A DNA stretch of 61,023 nucleotides, filler included. It is 5 parts of 5 records of this genome, joined end to end, with 100 filler letters (N's around TTAATTAATTAA, not from the genome) between each part and the next. Parts side by side here need not be neighbours in the genome. Positions count along the whole stretch, not along the records: positions 31,274 to 45,236 come from SRR31156797_12774; positions 45,337 to 54,101 come from SRR31156797_12787; 3 more parts are not named here. One strand, given 5' to 3'. Under the pieces are notes generated by a model. That model searched no databases, had not been told where the DNA came from, and was given only the letters and a program-made list of their open reading frames with translations. Below are positions 39,513-50,131 of this stretch, piece by piece (position 1 is the first letter of the stretch; each line of letters starts with the position of its first letter). The position numbers and the translations under genes were made by a program.

Positions 39513-40015
39513 GGGTATTTGAATTATTGAATCTGAGACCCGACGATACCTTTCTGGATCTGGGTTGCGGGGCAGGAGATTATGCCCTTGAGGCCGCGAA
39601 GAAGATCACCGGAACGGTTTTCGCTCTGGATATCAATGCCGCTGCCGTAGAGGCTCTCCAGGAGAGGGCATTCCGGGAGAGGGTCGGGAATCTGGTGGGC
39701 CGAACAGTAGTCGCGGCCCGGAATCTGCCGTTGAAGGACGGGGAAGTCGATCTCTGTCTGATGGCAACGGTTCTTCACGCCATGGATCTCAGCCGCACGG
39801 GAGACCTCCTTTTTTCCGAATTGCATCGCATCCTCAAAGAAAAGGGGCGGCTTGCCGTGATTGAGTGCAATCCGGAGAATTCGGAATTCGGTCCTCCTCT
39901 GGAGATGAGGATTCCCATTGACAGGCTCTGCGAGTATCTGGACCCCCATGGCTTTACCATGTCGGATGCGGAGGACCTCGGTTTCAATTATCTCTGTATC
40001 TTCCAAAAGCGCTGA
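39449..40015 (+). CDS. Class I SAM-dependent methyltransferase
   Basis: LDLGCGAG, ALDI, RILKEKGRL; AAGGAG RBS; overlaps the end of the activase. Confidence 0.88.
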   Translation: MHCKGHRGQRGPSSYWMQNPVRVFELLNLRPDDTFLDLGCGAGDYALEAAKKITGTVFALDINAAAVEALQERAFRERVGNLVGRTVVAARNLPLKDGEVDLCLMATVLHAMDLSRTGDLLFSELHRILKEKGRLAVIECNPENSEFGPPLEMRIPIDRLCEYLDPHGFTMSDAEDLGFNYLCIFQKR

Positions 40016-40174
40016 GGACTCTGGCTCCGGTATCCATCGTCAGATCCGTATCTCTTCGAGCCGGAGCCTGAGTCTGCGCGCAGCCTCCCCAACTTCACAA
40101 AAGAATCATGGAAGGGCATCAGTAAATTCCTTATCATTATAATTTAGGTAATAAAAAATGAGGGGGGAATTGAG

Positions 40175-42124
40175 ATGATAAAAAAACTCACTGATCTGAA
40201 GATAGGAGTCAGGATGAGCCTGGTCCTTTCCATTGCGACGGTCCTGATCATTGGCATTCTGATCTTCATTATCAACAGCAGGATTAACATCCTGGCATCA
40301 ACCAATGCCGCTACCGTGGCGGAAACGGTCGCGGAGGTTCAGATCAATCATGCCACGACCGTTATCAACGACGCCTTTATCGTGTCAAAATCTCTGGCCC
40401 TGTCTGCGGAAGCACTCGTTCGCGATAAGAGGCTGTCCAGGGAGGACGCAAACGAAATCCTGTACTCGTACATCGATGAGAATCCTCAACTGCTCGGTGT
40501 GTATTTCCTGTTCGAGCCTGATCAATTTGACGGCCGGGACGATGAGTACAGGAACGCTCCTCACCACGACGCTACGGGGCGATACATCCCCTATGTCGTG
40601 AAGGACGGCGGAGGGAATATCATAACCGATGTCCTTGTTGACTATGACGTCGAAGAATACTACCAAGGCCCCAAGAGGATCAACGACGCTTTCATGACGG
40701 ATCCCTATCTTTACGAAGTGGACGGAGAAATGGTTCTCCTTATTTCCATGGTCTACCCGGTAAGGGATGGCTCCGGAAACTTCATAGGGATAGCGGGATG
40801 CGATATCTCCATTGACGAACTCAATAGGGACATAAGCGCGATCAGACCCTTTCGGGACGTGGGCTATGTCACCCTTTACGCCGAAAACGGCATGATCATG
40901 GCCGGAGGGCGGAATGCGGAGCATCTCGGCATGCTGGCCCAGGAGATCGACAGCCTGGATCCCCTTCTGATCAATCAGCTTGATCAGAAGGAGGAGTTTC
41001 TCATTTCCCATATGGAAGACAATGATTCATACCTGGTGTACGGGAATTCCAGGAAAATCAGAGAGGCGGACTATCGTCTGATGATAACGGTCAGCATTCC
41101 GGAAGGAGTCATCTACGAGCAGTCCCGAGTCCTGGTCATGATTTCCATTCTGTTCGGTTTGGCTGCCGTGCTGACCATTGTCCTGATGATCGTCGCCTTT
41201 TCTGCCCAGATCTCAAAACAGCTTTCCCTTGGAATCAGGTTCTCCGAAGAGATCGCGGACGGCAATCTGACGGCCAGGATTGACATTGATCAGAAAGATG
41301 AGATCGGACAGCTGGCCAACTCGATGACACGGATGGTCGAGCAGCTGAAGACCATCGTCTATGAAGTGAAGCAGGCGTCGTTATCGGTTTCCTCCGGGAG
41401 CCAGGAAATCAGCCGCACCTCCCAGATCCTCAGCGAGGGGGCAAACGAGCAGGCGTCCAGTACGGAAGAGGTTTCCGCGTCCATGGAACAGATGACCGGT
41501 AATATCGAACAGAATACGGAGAACGCACGGAAAACGGAAAAGATTTCCGTACAAGCGGCGGAAGACGCGGACCAGGGCGGACAGGCCGTTATGCAGACCA
41601 TCGATGCGATGAAGGAGATCGTTGACAAGATCAGTATCATTGATGAGATCGCCAGAAGCACCAATCTGCTGGCTCTGAATGCCGCCATCGAGGCCGCCCG
41701 TGCCGGTGACGCGGGGAAGGGCTTTGCCGTTGTGGCCAGCGAAGTCAGAAAGCTGGCGGAAAGGAGCCAGAGCGCCGCCGCTGAAATCTTCTCCCTGTCC
41801 AAAGACAGCACCAAGGTCGCGCAGAACGCGGGAGGGCTGCTGAGCCAGATCGTTCCCGCGATTCAGAACACATCCAAACTGATTCAGGGCATTTCCATCG
41901 CTTCGTCGGAACAGAACAGCGGCTCTCAGCAGATAAACTCTGCCATACTTCAGCTGGATAAGGTGGTACAGCAGAATGCGTCTTCCTCCGAAGAGCTGGC
42001 GTCCATGTCGGAAGAGCTTTCGGCGCAATCGGTACGGCTGATTGAGATAATCAATTACTTTGCGGTGGATGAGGGTATAAGAAAGGATATGATTCCGGCG
42101 GATCAGGACCGTTCTTCCGAGTGA
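40175..42124 (+). CDS. Methyl-accepting chemotaxis protein (dCache-HAMP-MA)
   Basis: Two TMs, Cache motifs [35 protein letters not shown]...[16 protein letters not shown]. Confidence 0.95.
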   Translation: MIKKLTDLKIGVRMSLVLSIATVLIIGILIFIINSRINILASTNAATVAETVAEVQINHATTVINDAFIVSKSLALSAEALVRDKRLSREDANEILYSYIDENPQLLGVYFLFEPDQFDGRDDEYRNAPHHDATGRYIPYVVKDGGGNIITDVLVDYDVEEYYQGPKRINDAFMTDPYLYEVDGEMVLLISMVYPVRDGSGNFIGIAGCDISIDELNRDISAIRPFRDVGYVTLYAENGMIMAGGRNAEHLGMLAQEIDSLDPLLINQLDQKEEFLISHMEDNDSYLVYGNSRKIREADYRLMITVSIPEGVIYEQSRVLVMISILFGLAAVLTIVLMIVAFSAQISKQLSLGIRFSEEIADGNLTARIDIDQKDEIGQLANSMTRMVEQLKTIVYEVKQASLSVSSGSQEISRTSQILSEGANEQASSTEEVSASMEQMTGNIEQNTENARKTEKISVQAAEDADQGGQAVMQTIDAMKEIVDKISIIDEIARSTNLLALNAAIEAARAGDAGKGFAVVASEVRKLAERSQSAAAEIFSLSKDSTKVAQNAGGLLSQIVPAIQNTSKLIQGISIASSEQNSGSQQINSAILQLDKVVQQNASSSEELASMSEELSAQSVRLIEIINYFAVDEGIRKDMIPADQDRSSE

Positions 42125-42185
42125 TATCCGCGGCTCTGCGCATTGAATCATAATTCGATATCTGAGCGATTTGGGAGTTTTGTAT

Positions 42186-43931
42186 ATGCTTTCTATTGCT
42201 TCCTTGAGTACTGCCTTAGCTTTTATGGCAGGAGCATTGTCAGCAATCCTTGTCTGGCTTGCCCTTCGTCTCCTGCCGGGCAGATCTCGCCAACAGATCA
42301 AACCTGACTCGATCCTCGCTTTGAACAGAACGTTTTCCCGCAAAAGAGGCGGTTCCAGAGGGAAATTGCTTGAGTCGGAAAAAAGGTTCCATACTCTGGT
42401 GAACAATATTCCGGGAGCCTTCTACCGTTGCCACAACAGGGACGGCTGGAGAATGATCTATCTGAGCAACTACATTCACCAGATCACGGGATACGATGCC
42501 TCGGAGTTTATCGATAACAAGGTCAGATCCTATGATTCCATCATCTCCAAAGAGGACCGGATGAAAGTCAACAATGTCATACGAGACGGATTGCTGATGG
42601 AGGATTCATATGTACTGGAATACAGGATCGTGCATAAATCCGGCGCCGTCCGCTGGGTATATGAAAAGGGGCGGAGCATCATTTCCCTGGACGGAGAGAA
42701 CCTTCTGGACGGGGTTATCTTTGACATAACGGATCGGAAGATATTTGAGGAACAGCTGAAAAAGGCTCAGAAGATGGAGCTGATCGGAACCCTGGCGAGC
42801 GGGTATGCCCACGATATGAACAACATCCTGGGCGGGATCACGGCTTCCTCATCCTTTATTGAATACCTTCTGGCCAATGGGGAATCCGTTTCCAATCAGA
42901 GGATCAGAGAGCACATAAGCGTCGTCGGCGATTGCGTCACGCGGGCGACCAACGCCATCGGCCAGCTCCTCCGCTTCAATTCCATTGATGATCTGTCCTA
43001 CGAACATCTGGACCTCAAGGCCGCCATCGAAAACACCGTCAAGCTGTGCCGCTTATCCTTTGACAAGTCTGTGAAAATAGTGGTGAGCCTGCCTGAGCAG
43101 AACGCGAGCATCATGGGGGATCAGGATCAGATCCAGCAGGTCGTTCTCAATCTGATGATCAACGCGGAACACTCCATGACCTCAATGCGCCCCCCCGGGG
43201 AACGGTGGGGCGGTACCCTGAAGGTCCAGCTCTCCCCTTACCGGGGTGACATTCTGAATTACTACCTCCCCAGCGATCATATGAACAGGCTCTGGCACAT
43301 ACTGATCGAAGATGAAGGGATCGGGATTGAGAAGGGGATGATCGATGACATCTTCACTCCCTTTTTCACGACGAAGAAGCAGAAGGGAACCGGCCTGGGG
43401 CTCTCTATGGTCAATCATCTGGTCATGAATCACAACGGCGTGGTGAAGGTGGAGTCGAAGCCGGGAATCGGGAGCCGTTTCCATATCCTTCTGCCTCAGG
43501 TCAGCGATTTCAGTCTCTATAACTCCCAGCCCAAATCCTTTTTATCCGTGCCGAAAGGGGAAGGGCATATCCTGGTGATAGATGATGAGAAGGTCATGAG
43601 GAAGCTTGGAAAGGAGATGCTGATCCAATGCGGCTACCAGGTAACGACGGCCTCTACCGGGGAAGAGGCATTGAAGATCTACAAAGAGGATCCCCGTCAG
43701 TTCAATCTGGTCATCCTCGATCTTGTGCTGCCGGATATATCCGGCGATGAGCTGATGACGGCTCTCAAGGGGATACGGGAGATCAAGGTCCTCCTGGCAT
43801 CCGGTTTCATAAGCGATGAGAGGATCGGCTATATGACTTCCCACGGACTGAACGGATACATTCATAAGCCCTATTCCATAAGCTCCCTATCGGAAAAGGT
43901 GAGCGAAATCCTCCAGGCTGACCTGCCTTGA
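42186..43931 (+). CDS. Hybrid sensor histidine kinase (PAS-HisKA-HATPase-REC)
   Basis: AHDMNN H-box, NLMINA, DEGIG, GTGLGL, C-terminal DD/D/KP receiver; start uncertain. Confidence 0.92.
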   Translation: MLSIASLSTALAFMAGALSAILVWLALRLLPGRSRQQIKPDSILALNRTFSRKRGGSRGKLLESEKRFHTLVNNIPGAFYRCHNRDGWRMIYLSNYIHQITGYDASEFIDNKVRSYDSIISKEDRMKVNNVIRDGLLMEDSYVLEYRIVHKSGAVRWVYEKGRSIISLDGENLLDGVIFDITDRKIFEEQLKKAQKMELIGTLASGYAHDMNNILGGITASSSFIEYLLANGESVSNQRIREHISVVGDCVTRATNAIGQLLRFNSIDDLSYEHLDLKAAIENTVKLCRLSFDKSVKIVVSLPEQNASIMGDQDQIQQVVLNLMINAEHSMTSMRPPGERWGGTLKVQLSPYRGDILNYYLPSDHMNRLWHILIEDEGIGIEKGMIDDIFTPFFTTKKQKGTGLGLSMVNHLVMNHNGVVKVESKPGIGSRFHILLPQVSDFSLYNSQPKSFLSVPKGEGHILVIDDEKVMRKLGKEMLIQCGYQVTTASTGEEALKIYKEDPRQFNLVILDLVLPDISGDELMTALKGIREIKVLLASGFISDERIGYMTSHGLNGYIHKPYSISSLSEKVSEILQADLP

Positions 43932-44030
43932 GCCAAAGGCGCTTACCCTCCTGACAAATGGAAGCATTCCCGCTGTTCCAGTTATCGGGAGGACGGAATG
44001 GAAACTCCTGCGAGCATCCTCATTATAGCA

Positions 44031-44474
44031 TCAGCCCTTTCTAACCATTATGACCGTATCTATTCCAACCGGATTCAGACCGGAGGGTTTAAAGTCGATA
44101 AATCCATTATTCACATATACCCTTCTTGCGCTAAGTCCGCACTCGTTTTCTTTAGAAAATGTTTGAACATAGATATCACCATGCATTTTCATCTCTTCTA
44201 TAGCTCTTTTTACCAGATCGTCTCCATACTTTTGACCCCGGAACCTTTCGCCTACGGCAAGCCAGGAAATCTCGCTGTTCTCCCTGTCGATCGCGATGAT
44301 TCCCGCGATGGCGCCATCATCATTGATCCTGGCGAAGGCATCTCCTTTTCGGACGCATGCCCTGATCCCTTCCTGGAACTCATGATTCCGAGCCATGGGT
44401 CCAAACAAGGGCTCCACCTCCGCGGCAAGTTCGAGCCATACCGGGATCTCATCCTGGTTTAATTGTCTTGTCAT
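44031..44474 (-). CDS. GNAT family N-acetyltransferase
   Basis: LAVGERFRGQKYG motif A, ARRVYVNNGF; AAGGAG RBS. Confidence 0.88.
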   Translation of the reverse strand: MTRQLNQDEIPVWLELAAEVEPLFGPMARNHEFQEGIRACVRKGDAFARINDDGAIAGIIAIDRENSEISWLAVGERFRGQKYGDDLVKRAIEEMKMHGDIYVQTFSKENECGLSARRVYVNNGFIDFKPSGLNPVGIDTVIMVRKG

Positions 44475-44756
44475 TTGTGTCTCCTTCAGTCATTAAGTTA
44501 TGTAGGGTGATCGAAATCGATCCGCTTGCATCCGGGACGTAGACCCCGGTGCTGGTTTTTCTGCAGCTCCATTGGCATTCCGAATCAGAACTCCCTCTTC
44601 CATTGCCACTGCCCGAATGGGGAGCGTTCAATCAGATTGCCTTCCTGATCTGTTATAACAGGTTCGCAGGGGAGATGCTTTCAGGATCATAGGGAATTCT
44701 CGCGCTTGAGCGGAACGCCTCTCGCTAAGGGTATGCCTCTGGAAGGTTCTGGTCGA

Positions 44757-45236
44757 TCATCCCATAGGATACCGGCCGTCTGCCAACTCTATTAACTGTT
44801 GGACGGATACGCTCTCATTTGTGTCCTCATTGTACACGCAGTCGTCCTCCATTCTGTCTATGTACAGGATCCCGTCCAGATGATCGATCTCATGCTGAAA
44901 GCATCGAGCCATTTGACCGCTTGCTTCTGTGTCATGATAATGACCATTTCGATCCTGGTATTTCACTTGAACGTACCCGTACCTCTTCACCTTGCCGAAG
45001 TACCCCGGCAGGGAAAGGCATCCCTCATAGTCAGTTTCCTCTCCGGATTTAAAGGTGATCTCGGGATTTATGAACTCATAATACTCACCCATGTAATCAA
45101 TTACGACGATCCTTTTCAGAAGCGATACCTGCGGAGCCGCAAGGGCCGCGCCCCCTGCATGGCTTTTCAGAGTACTTGCGATGGAATCTATTTTTTGATG
45201 GAGTCCTTTATGGAATACCTGCACCGGTGAGCACTG
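44757..45236 (-). CDS. def: Peptide deformylase (5' truncated)
   Basis: GAALAAPQ, EGCLS, QHEIDHLDG; frame open to the contig edge. Confidence 0.92.
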   Translation of the reverse strand, partial: QCSPVQVFHKGLHQKIDSIASTLKSHAGGAALAAPQVSLLKRIVVIDYMGEYYEFINPEITFKSGEETDYEGCLSLPGYFGKVKRYGYVQVKYQDRNGHYHDTEASGQMARCFQHEIDHLDGILYIDRMEDDCVYNEDTNESVSVQQLIELADGRYPMG

Positions 45237-45336
45237 NNNNNNNNNNNNNNNNNNNNNNNNNNNNNNNNNNNNNNNNNNNNTTAATTAATTAANNNNNNNN
45301 NNNNNNNNNNNNNNNNNNNNNNNNNNNNNNNNNNNN
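45237..45336. other. Artificial contig linker
   Basis: N-run with TTAATTAATTAA. Confidence 0.98.
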
Positions 45337-45853
45337 CGTCGGCCGAGCGGATCATATCGCCCGCCTGATCGAGTGTGTTGATCATATTGGATTCGTAGCG
45401 ATTGACCGGCTCGATGCCCAACTTCAATCCCAAACCGCCGGCAACGCCGTCAAGTTCGTGCAGACGTTCGGCAACCTTTTGACGTTGTTCGAGCTCCGGC
45501 GCAGCAGAATACCTGTTGAAGGCAGCATAAGTGATACCGCTGATGGCCGGCGCGCCAAGATCGGCAGCAATCTCCAGGCACTTGCGCACCGTCGCGACGC
45601 CTTTGGCGCTGACGGCCGGGTCCGGGCTCGAGATATCGGCGTCTGCTCCCAATGCCATGCCGAGCCGGAGTTCGATACCGGTTTCCGTAATGGCCTTGCG
45701 GGTCGCCTCGACGTTGAGCGTATCGGGATCGAATATCAGCACTTCCACCAGGTCAAATCCCAGCGTGCGGGCCTTCAGACAGGTATCGAACGCTGCGGAT
45801 TCGTCCCAGGCATCCCCGAAAACAAGGCTGTGTATGCCTATCTTAATATTCAT
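45337..45853 (-). CDS. D-tagatose/D-psicose 3-epimerase family TIM barrel (3' truncated)
   Basis: GFDLVE, DISSPD, GIEPVNRYESNMINT; GGGAGG RBS before MNIKIG. Confidence 0.85.
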
Positions 45854-45948
45854 ACTGTCCTCCCTGCCGCAAAGCGGCGCCCAAGAGGACTGCCTGTTTT
45901 CGTCGTTCTTTGCTCGGCAGTCCCCAATCGGTGGATCCACACGGTTGG

Positions 45949-47442
45949 CTAAGCCTCGGGGTCTTCCCATTCCATGGCCCGGCCCACCGCCTTTCGCCAT
46001 TTCTCATGCATCGCCTTCGCCTTTTCCCTGTCCATCTGCGGTTCGAACCGGCGCTCCAGTTCGAAGGAATTGGCCAGCTCGTCCCGATCCTTCCAAACGC
46101 CGACCGCGAGTCCGGCCAGGAAGGCGGCGCCGCGGGCCGCCGATTCCGTGATGACCGGACGCAGGACCGGCAATTCGGAAAGATCGGCCTGAAACTGCAG
46201 CACGAAGTCGTTCTTGCTGCCGCCGCCATCGACCTGAAGGCTCGACATGCGGATCGAGGATCGTGATTGCATCGCAGCAATAACGTCATGGACCTGATAG
46301 GCCATGCTTTCGATCGCGGCGCGAATCAGGTGCTGCTTATTGGCGCCACGCGACAGTCCGAGGATCGCACCGCGGGCATAGGGATCCCAGATCGGCACGG
46401 CCATGCCGGTAAAGGCGGGAACGAAATACACACCGTTGGTGTCCTCGACGGTGACAACCGCATCCGAACTTTTTTCGATGACCTGCAATTCGTCACGCAG
46501 CCATTGCACGACCGATCCGCAATTGAACAGCACGCCTTCGATGGCGTATTCGAGTTTGCCTTCTAGCCCGATGCCGATGGTCGAGATCAGACCGTCGCCG
46601 GGCGGGATGATGCGATCGCCCGTGTTCATGACCACGGAAGCCGACGTGCCATAGGTGCACTTGGCCATGCCCTGCTGGAAACAGACCTGACCGAACAGCG
46701 CTGCCTGCTGATCGCCCACCGACGCCGCCACCGGAATGGCCGCGCCAAATAGGCGTTCGTCGGTCATTCCGTAAACCGTCGCGTTCTCGAACACCTTCGG
46801 CAACATGGCGCGGGGGACGCCGAACGCTTCGAGCAGCTTCTCGTCCCATTCACCGGTGCGGATGTTGAAGAGCAGCGTGCGTGAGGCATTGGTCACGTCG
46901 GTGACATGCGCCCGCCCGCCCGTCAGCTTCCAGATCAGCCAACTGTCGATGGTGCCGAACAGCAACTCGCCTTTTTCGGCGCGCGCACGCGAACCATCGA
47001 CGTGATCGAGAATCCAGCCAATCTTGGTGGCCGAAAAGTAGGAATCGATGACAAGCCCGGTTGCCTCCTCGACGTAGGGTTCCAGTCCCTCTTCACGCAA
47101 CGCGTCGCATGTCGGCGCCGTCCTTCGATCCTGCCAGACGATGGCGTTGAATATCGGCTTGCCGCTGTCCTTTTCCCAGACCACGGCGGTCTCGCGCTGG
47201 TCGGTGATGCCGATGCCGGCGATGTCGGATGTCTTGATGCCTGAACGTTCGATCACCTGCCGGGCGACCCGGAGCTGCGTGTCCCATATGACTTCGGGAT
47301 CGTGCTCGACCCAGCCCGAACGCGGGAAAATCTGAGCGAACTCCTCCTGTGCCAGCCCGACGACGCCGCCTCTGCGATCGAATAGAATCGCGCGCGTGCT
47401 GGTGGTGCCCGCATCGAAGGCCAAAATGTATTTGTCGCCCAT
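45949..47442 (-). CDS. glpK: Glycerol kinase-like FGGY kinase (pocket substitutions, see findings)
   Basis: DAGTTSTRA, GWVEHDP, QRET, AIVWQD, GDQQAALFG, VDGG. Confidence 0.8.
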   Translation of the reverse strand: MGDKYILAFDAGTTSTRAILFDRRGGVVGLAQEEFAQIFPRSGWVEHDPEVIWDTQLRVARQVIERSGIKTSDIAGIGITDQRETAVVWEKDSGKPIFNAIVWQDRRTAPTCDALREEGLEPYVEEATGLVIDSYFSATKIGWILDHVDGSRARAEKGELLFGTIDSWLIWKLTGGRAHVTDVTNASRTLLFNIRTGEWDEKLLEAFGVPRAMLPKVFENATVYGMTDERLFGAAIPVAASVGDQQAALFGQVCFQQGMAKCTYGTSASVVMNTGDRIIPPGDGLISTIGIGLEGKLEYAIEGVLFNCGSVVQWLRDELQVIEKSSDAVVTVEDTNGVYFVPAFTGMAVPIWDPYARGAILGLSRGANKQHLIRAAIESMAYQVHDVIAAMQSRSSIRMSSLQVDGGGSKNDFVLQFQADLSELPVLRPVITESAARGAAFLAGLAVGVWKDRDELANSFELERRFEPQMDREKAKAMHEKWRKAVGRAMEWEDPEA

Positions 47443-47507
47443 TGCCGCATTCCTCCCTTTCTCACTTCATCGCATCGGACGGTCGCCAGCCCGTTCACGG
47501 CCGGTTC

Positions 47508-48557
47508 TTATTCCTGGTTCGGCAGAAAGATGGTCTTGAGCGCCTTCCCTTCCTGCGCATCCTCAAAAGCGATCTTGGCGTCAGCCAGCATGACCCGGGC
47601 GGTCACCAGATCATTAAGATTGATGCGGCCGCTTTTAACCAACGCCAGCGAACGGGCATAGTCCTTGATGCTCGATCCGGTGGTGCCGGTCACCTGAAGG
47701 CCGTTGTAATGTATCTTGTTGGTGTCGATCTCGACACGCGCGTCCTTGCTCAATCCGGCGAAAAGACTCAGGCGGCCGTAGATCGCGAGTACCTCAATGG
47801 CCTGAACCTGCACTTCGGGTACCGGCACGCAGGCGAGTGCGACGTCGACACCCTTGCCGTCCGTCAGCCGCATCACCTCCTCCACCACATCGGTTTCAAG
47901 CGAGTTGATGGTGTGCGTGGCGCCCTGGCCGGCGATTTCCGCAATGCGCTCGTTGATGATTCCGACAAGAATTACCTGGCGCGCGCCGTAGGCTGCGGCC
48001 AGTTTCAAAAACAGCGTGGCGATCGGGCCGGTACCGTAAATGATCACGCTGTCTTCGGGCGTCACCCGCAGCCGCTTCCAGGTGTTGAAACAGCACGACA
48101 GGGGCTCGATCAAGGCGGCTGATTCGTAGTCGAGGTTCTCCGGGATTTCGAACAGATTGCCGCCGTGAATGGCAGCTTCGGGAACAACCATGTATCTCTG
48201 GAAGGCGCCGTCCGTGGTCAGGCCGATCACCTGGATATTCTCGCATAAATTGTTTTGGCCGCGACGACACTTGTCGCACTGGCCGCAACCGATGTTAGGC
48301 GCAATGCAGATCCTTTGCCCGACGCGCCATTTGGAAACATTGTCGCCGATTTCGACGATGTCCCCGGCCAGTTCGTGCCCCAAGACGCGATTTTCGTCTT
48401 CTCCCAGCAAGTAATGGCCGCCCCGGTAGACCTTGAGATCGGTGCCGCAAATTGAAGCGACATGGATTTCAATCAAAATTTCGCCGGGCCCGATTTTCGG
48501 CCGCTCTCGCTCCTTGAGTACGAGGTTCTCCGGACCTTTGAATATGACAGATTTCAC
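47508..48557 (-). CDS. Zinc-dependent polyol/alcohol dehydrogenase
   Basis: ICGTD, GHELAG, CGQCDKC...C structural Zn site, GTGPI; GTG start at VKSVIF. Confidence 0.9.
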   Translation of the reverse strand: MKSVIFKGPENLVLKERERPKIGPGEILIEIHVASICGTDLKVYRGGHYLLGEDENRVLGHELAGDIVEIGDNVSKWRVGQRICIAPNIGCGQCDKCRRGQNNLCENIQVIGLTTDGAFQRYMVVPEAAIHGGNLFEIPENLDYESAALIEPLSCCFNTWKRLRVTPEDSVIIYGTGPIATLFLKLAAAYGARQVILVGIINERIAEIAGQGATHTINSLETDVVEEVMRLTDGKGVDVALACVPVPEVQVQAIEVLAIYGRLSLFAGLSKDARVEIDTNKIHYNGLQVTGTTGSSIKDYARSLALVKSGRINLNDLVTARVMLADAKIAFEDAQEGKALKTIFLPNQE

Positions 48558-48859
48558 GGTGCTAGCTTTCCTGTTTGGCCGAACAACCGTCGGCTCCGAG
48601 CCTAGTTCCGGCCATGCCGTGCAAAACCCGAACGGATCTCGTTGCGCTGACCGCATCATTCGCCGCAGCCCCCCGCATTCCGCGGTGCAGCCTTATTTTT
48701 TTCCATACCGGGGCACAGATCATCTGGGCTTTCCCATCAATACCTTTTCCTCCATGTTCACACTATCGTACAAAATTTTATTCTTCAACATCTGCAAGAA
48801 AGAAAATACCTGATTGAGCATATTCCCTTCAATGTAATGAAGCGTTCTGGCGCGGCGCT

Positions 48860-50131
48860 TCAGTCAGCATGCCGCCATCGTCGCCAACTCACAAATGCCC
48901 CAAAAACGGCGGGCAGAAATGCCAAACTCCAGGCCAGCACCTCCGATCTCGGCTGCACCAGGATAATCTGTCGCGAAAACGAGTCTGCCGCGTCCCCGGG
49001 TCGCGAAAGCACCGCCGTGTGGTGTGCTGGATCGGTCGGCGCCTTCACTACGAATGCCGTAAGGTCGGATTTTTCTTCGGGCCGTGCCGGGCGTACGACG
49101 TAACCGAAACTCGCCCCCTGGGTCTGTTCGACTTTAAGATCGGTCAACCCCAGCGTGTTGGGGCCACCCTTTTGCATCCAGGCAATCTCCAGTTCGTCGA
49201 ATTCCGGCGCGGGATCGCGGCGGATCCAGATGTCGCCCTCGCTCGGCATGCAGGATTGCGGACGGATCAGGCAGTGATAATCGCTCTCGGAAAAACGGCT
49301 CGCATGGCTGAGTGTGACATAGAATTCCGAACCCGGACGCACGTAGATCCGGTCGGTTTCGATATTGGCCTGCAGGGGACGCGTCCAGCGCTCTTCGGGT
49401 ACGATGTCGGCCGTCAGAACGTCGCTGGCGATCGCCTCGATGATCCGTAGTTTTTTATTCGTTCCCGCCACCGCCATGCCGTCGCGAACCAGTTCCATAT
49501 CATAGTCGCCGGCGGGAAGGTTGATGCGATAGGCGACGTCCGGCTCGGTCACCAGTTTCATCAGCGGGCCGGGAAGCGGATCGGGCGGTTCGACGGCCTG
49601 GACACCCCCTCCTTTCAGCCGAGTAATGGCGGCTTCCCGCAGCACCTTTTCATACGCCACGTGAGCCCGGCGCGCGGCGGCCATTTCGCGGACGAAGTCT
49701 TTTTGTTCCTGAACGTATTCGGCATAGGTGGCGTCGGCTTCCTCGCCCCAGGCAAATCGCGCGTTGCCTTTCAGGGCGCCTTGCGGATAGATGATCGCGT
49801 ATTTCTGCGCCTCGATCGCCTTGACGAGTTTCCCGTCGCGGCGCACTTCCAGCGTGCCGTCAACCTCGTTGCGCTGCTTCTCGAAAGCCACGTATTTCTG
49901 GCGCGACAATGGCCAGTAGTATTCCAAGGTCTCGACGAATGCGACGGCGTTGTCGGCTTCGGCCAGCAACAGCATTTGCGCGGTATCCGAAGGAACGAAG
50001 TTCTCTTTGTAGGCGAAACCGTCCCAGACGCGATTGTGAGTGACAATGACTTGGCGCTGATCCGGCTCGATGGCGGAAGCGGGAAACACAAGCAGGACCA
50101 AAATGATTGCCAACGCGCAGTTGCGGATCAT
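48860..50131 (-). CDS. Hypothetical exported protein with C-terminal membrane anchor
   Basis: Signal peptide ending ASA, C-terminal TM followed by RRWR; 4-nt overlap with the permease. Confidence 0.8.
   Translation of the reverse strand: MIRNCALAIILVLLVFPASAIEPDQRQVIVTHNRVWDGFAYKENFVPSDTAQMLLLAEADNAVAFVETLEYYWPLSRQKYVAFEKQRNEVDGTLEVRRDGKLVKAIEAQKYAIIYPQGALKGNARFAWGEEADATYAEYVQEQKDFVREMAAARRAHVAYEKVLREAAITRLKGGGVQAVEPPDPLPGPLMKLVTEPDVAYRINLPAGDYDMELVRDGMAVAGTNKKLRIIEAIASDVLTADIVPEERWTRPLQANIETDRIYVRPGSEFYVTLSHASRFSESDYHCLIRPQSCMPSEGDIWIRRDPAPEFDELEIAWMQKGGPNTLGLTDLKVEQTQGASFGYVVRPARPEEKSDLTAFVVKAPTDPAHHTAVLSRPGDAADSFSRQIILVQPRSEVLAWSLAFLPAVFGAFVSWRRWRHAD

Noticed and set aside
44475..44756. 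Integron attC or riboswitch upstream of the GNAT gene
   Set aside because: Only a short hairpin and isolated GTTAT words; no paired R/L boxes or aptamer consensus
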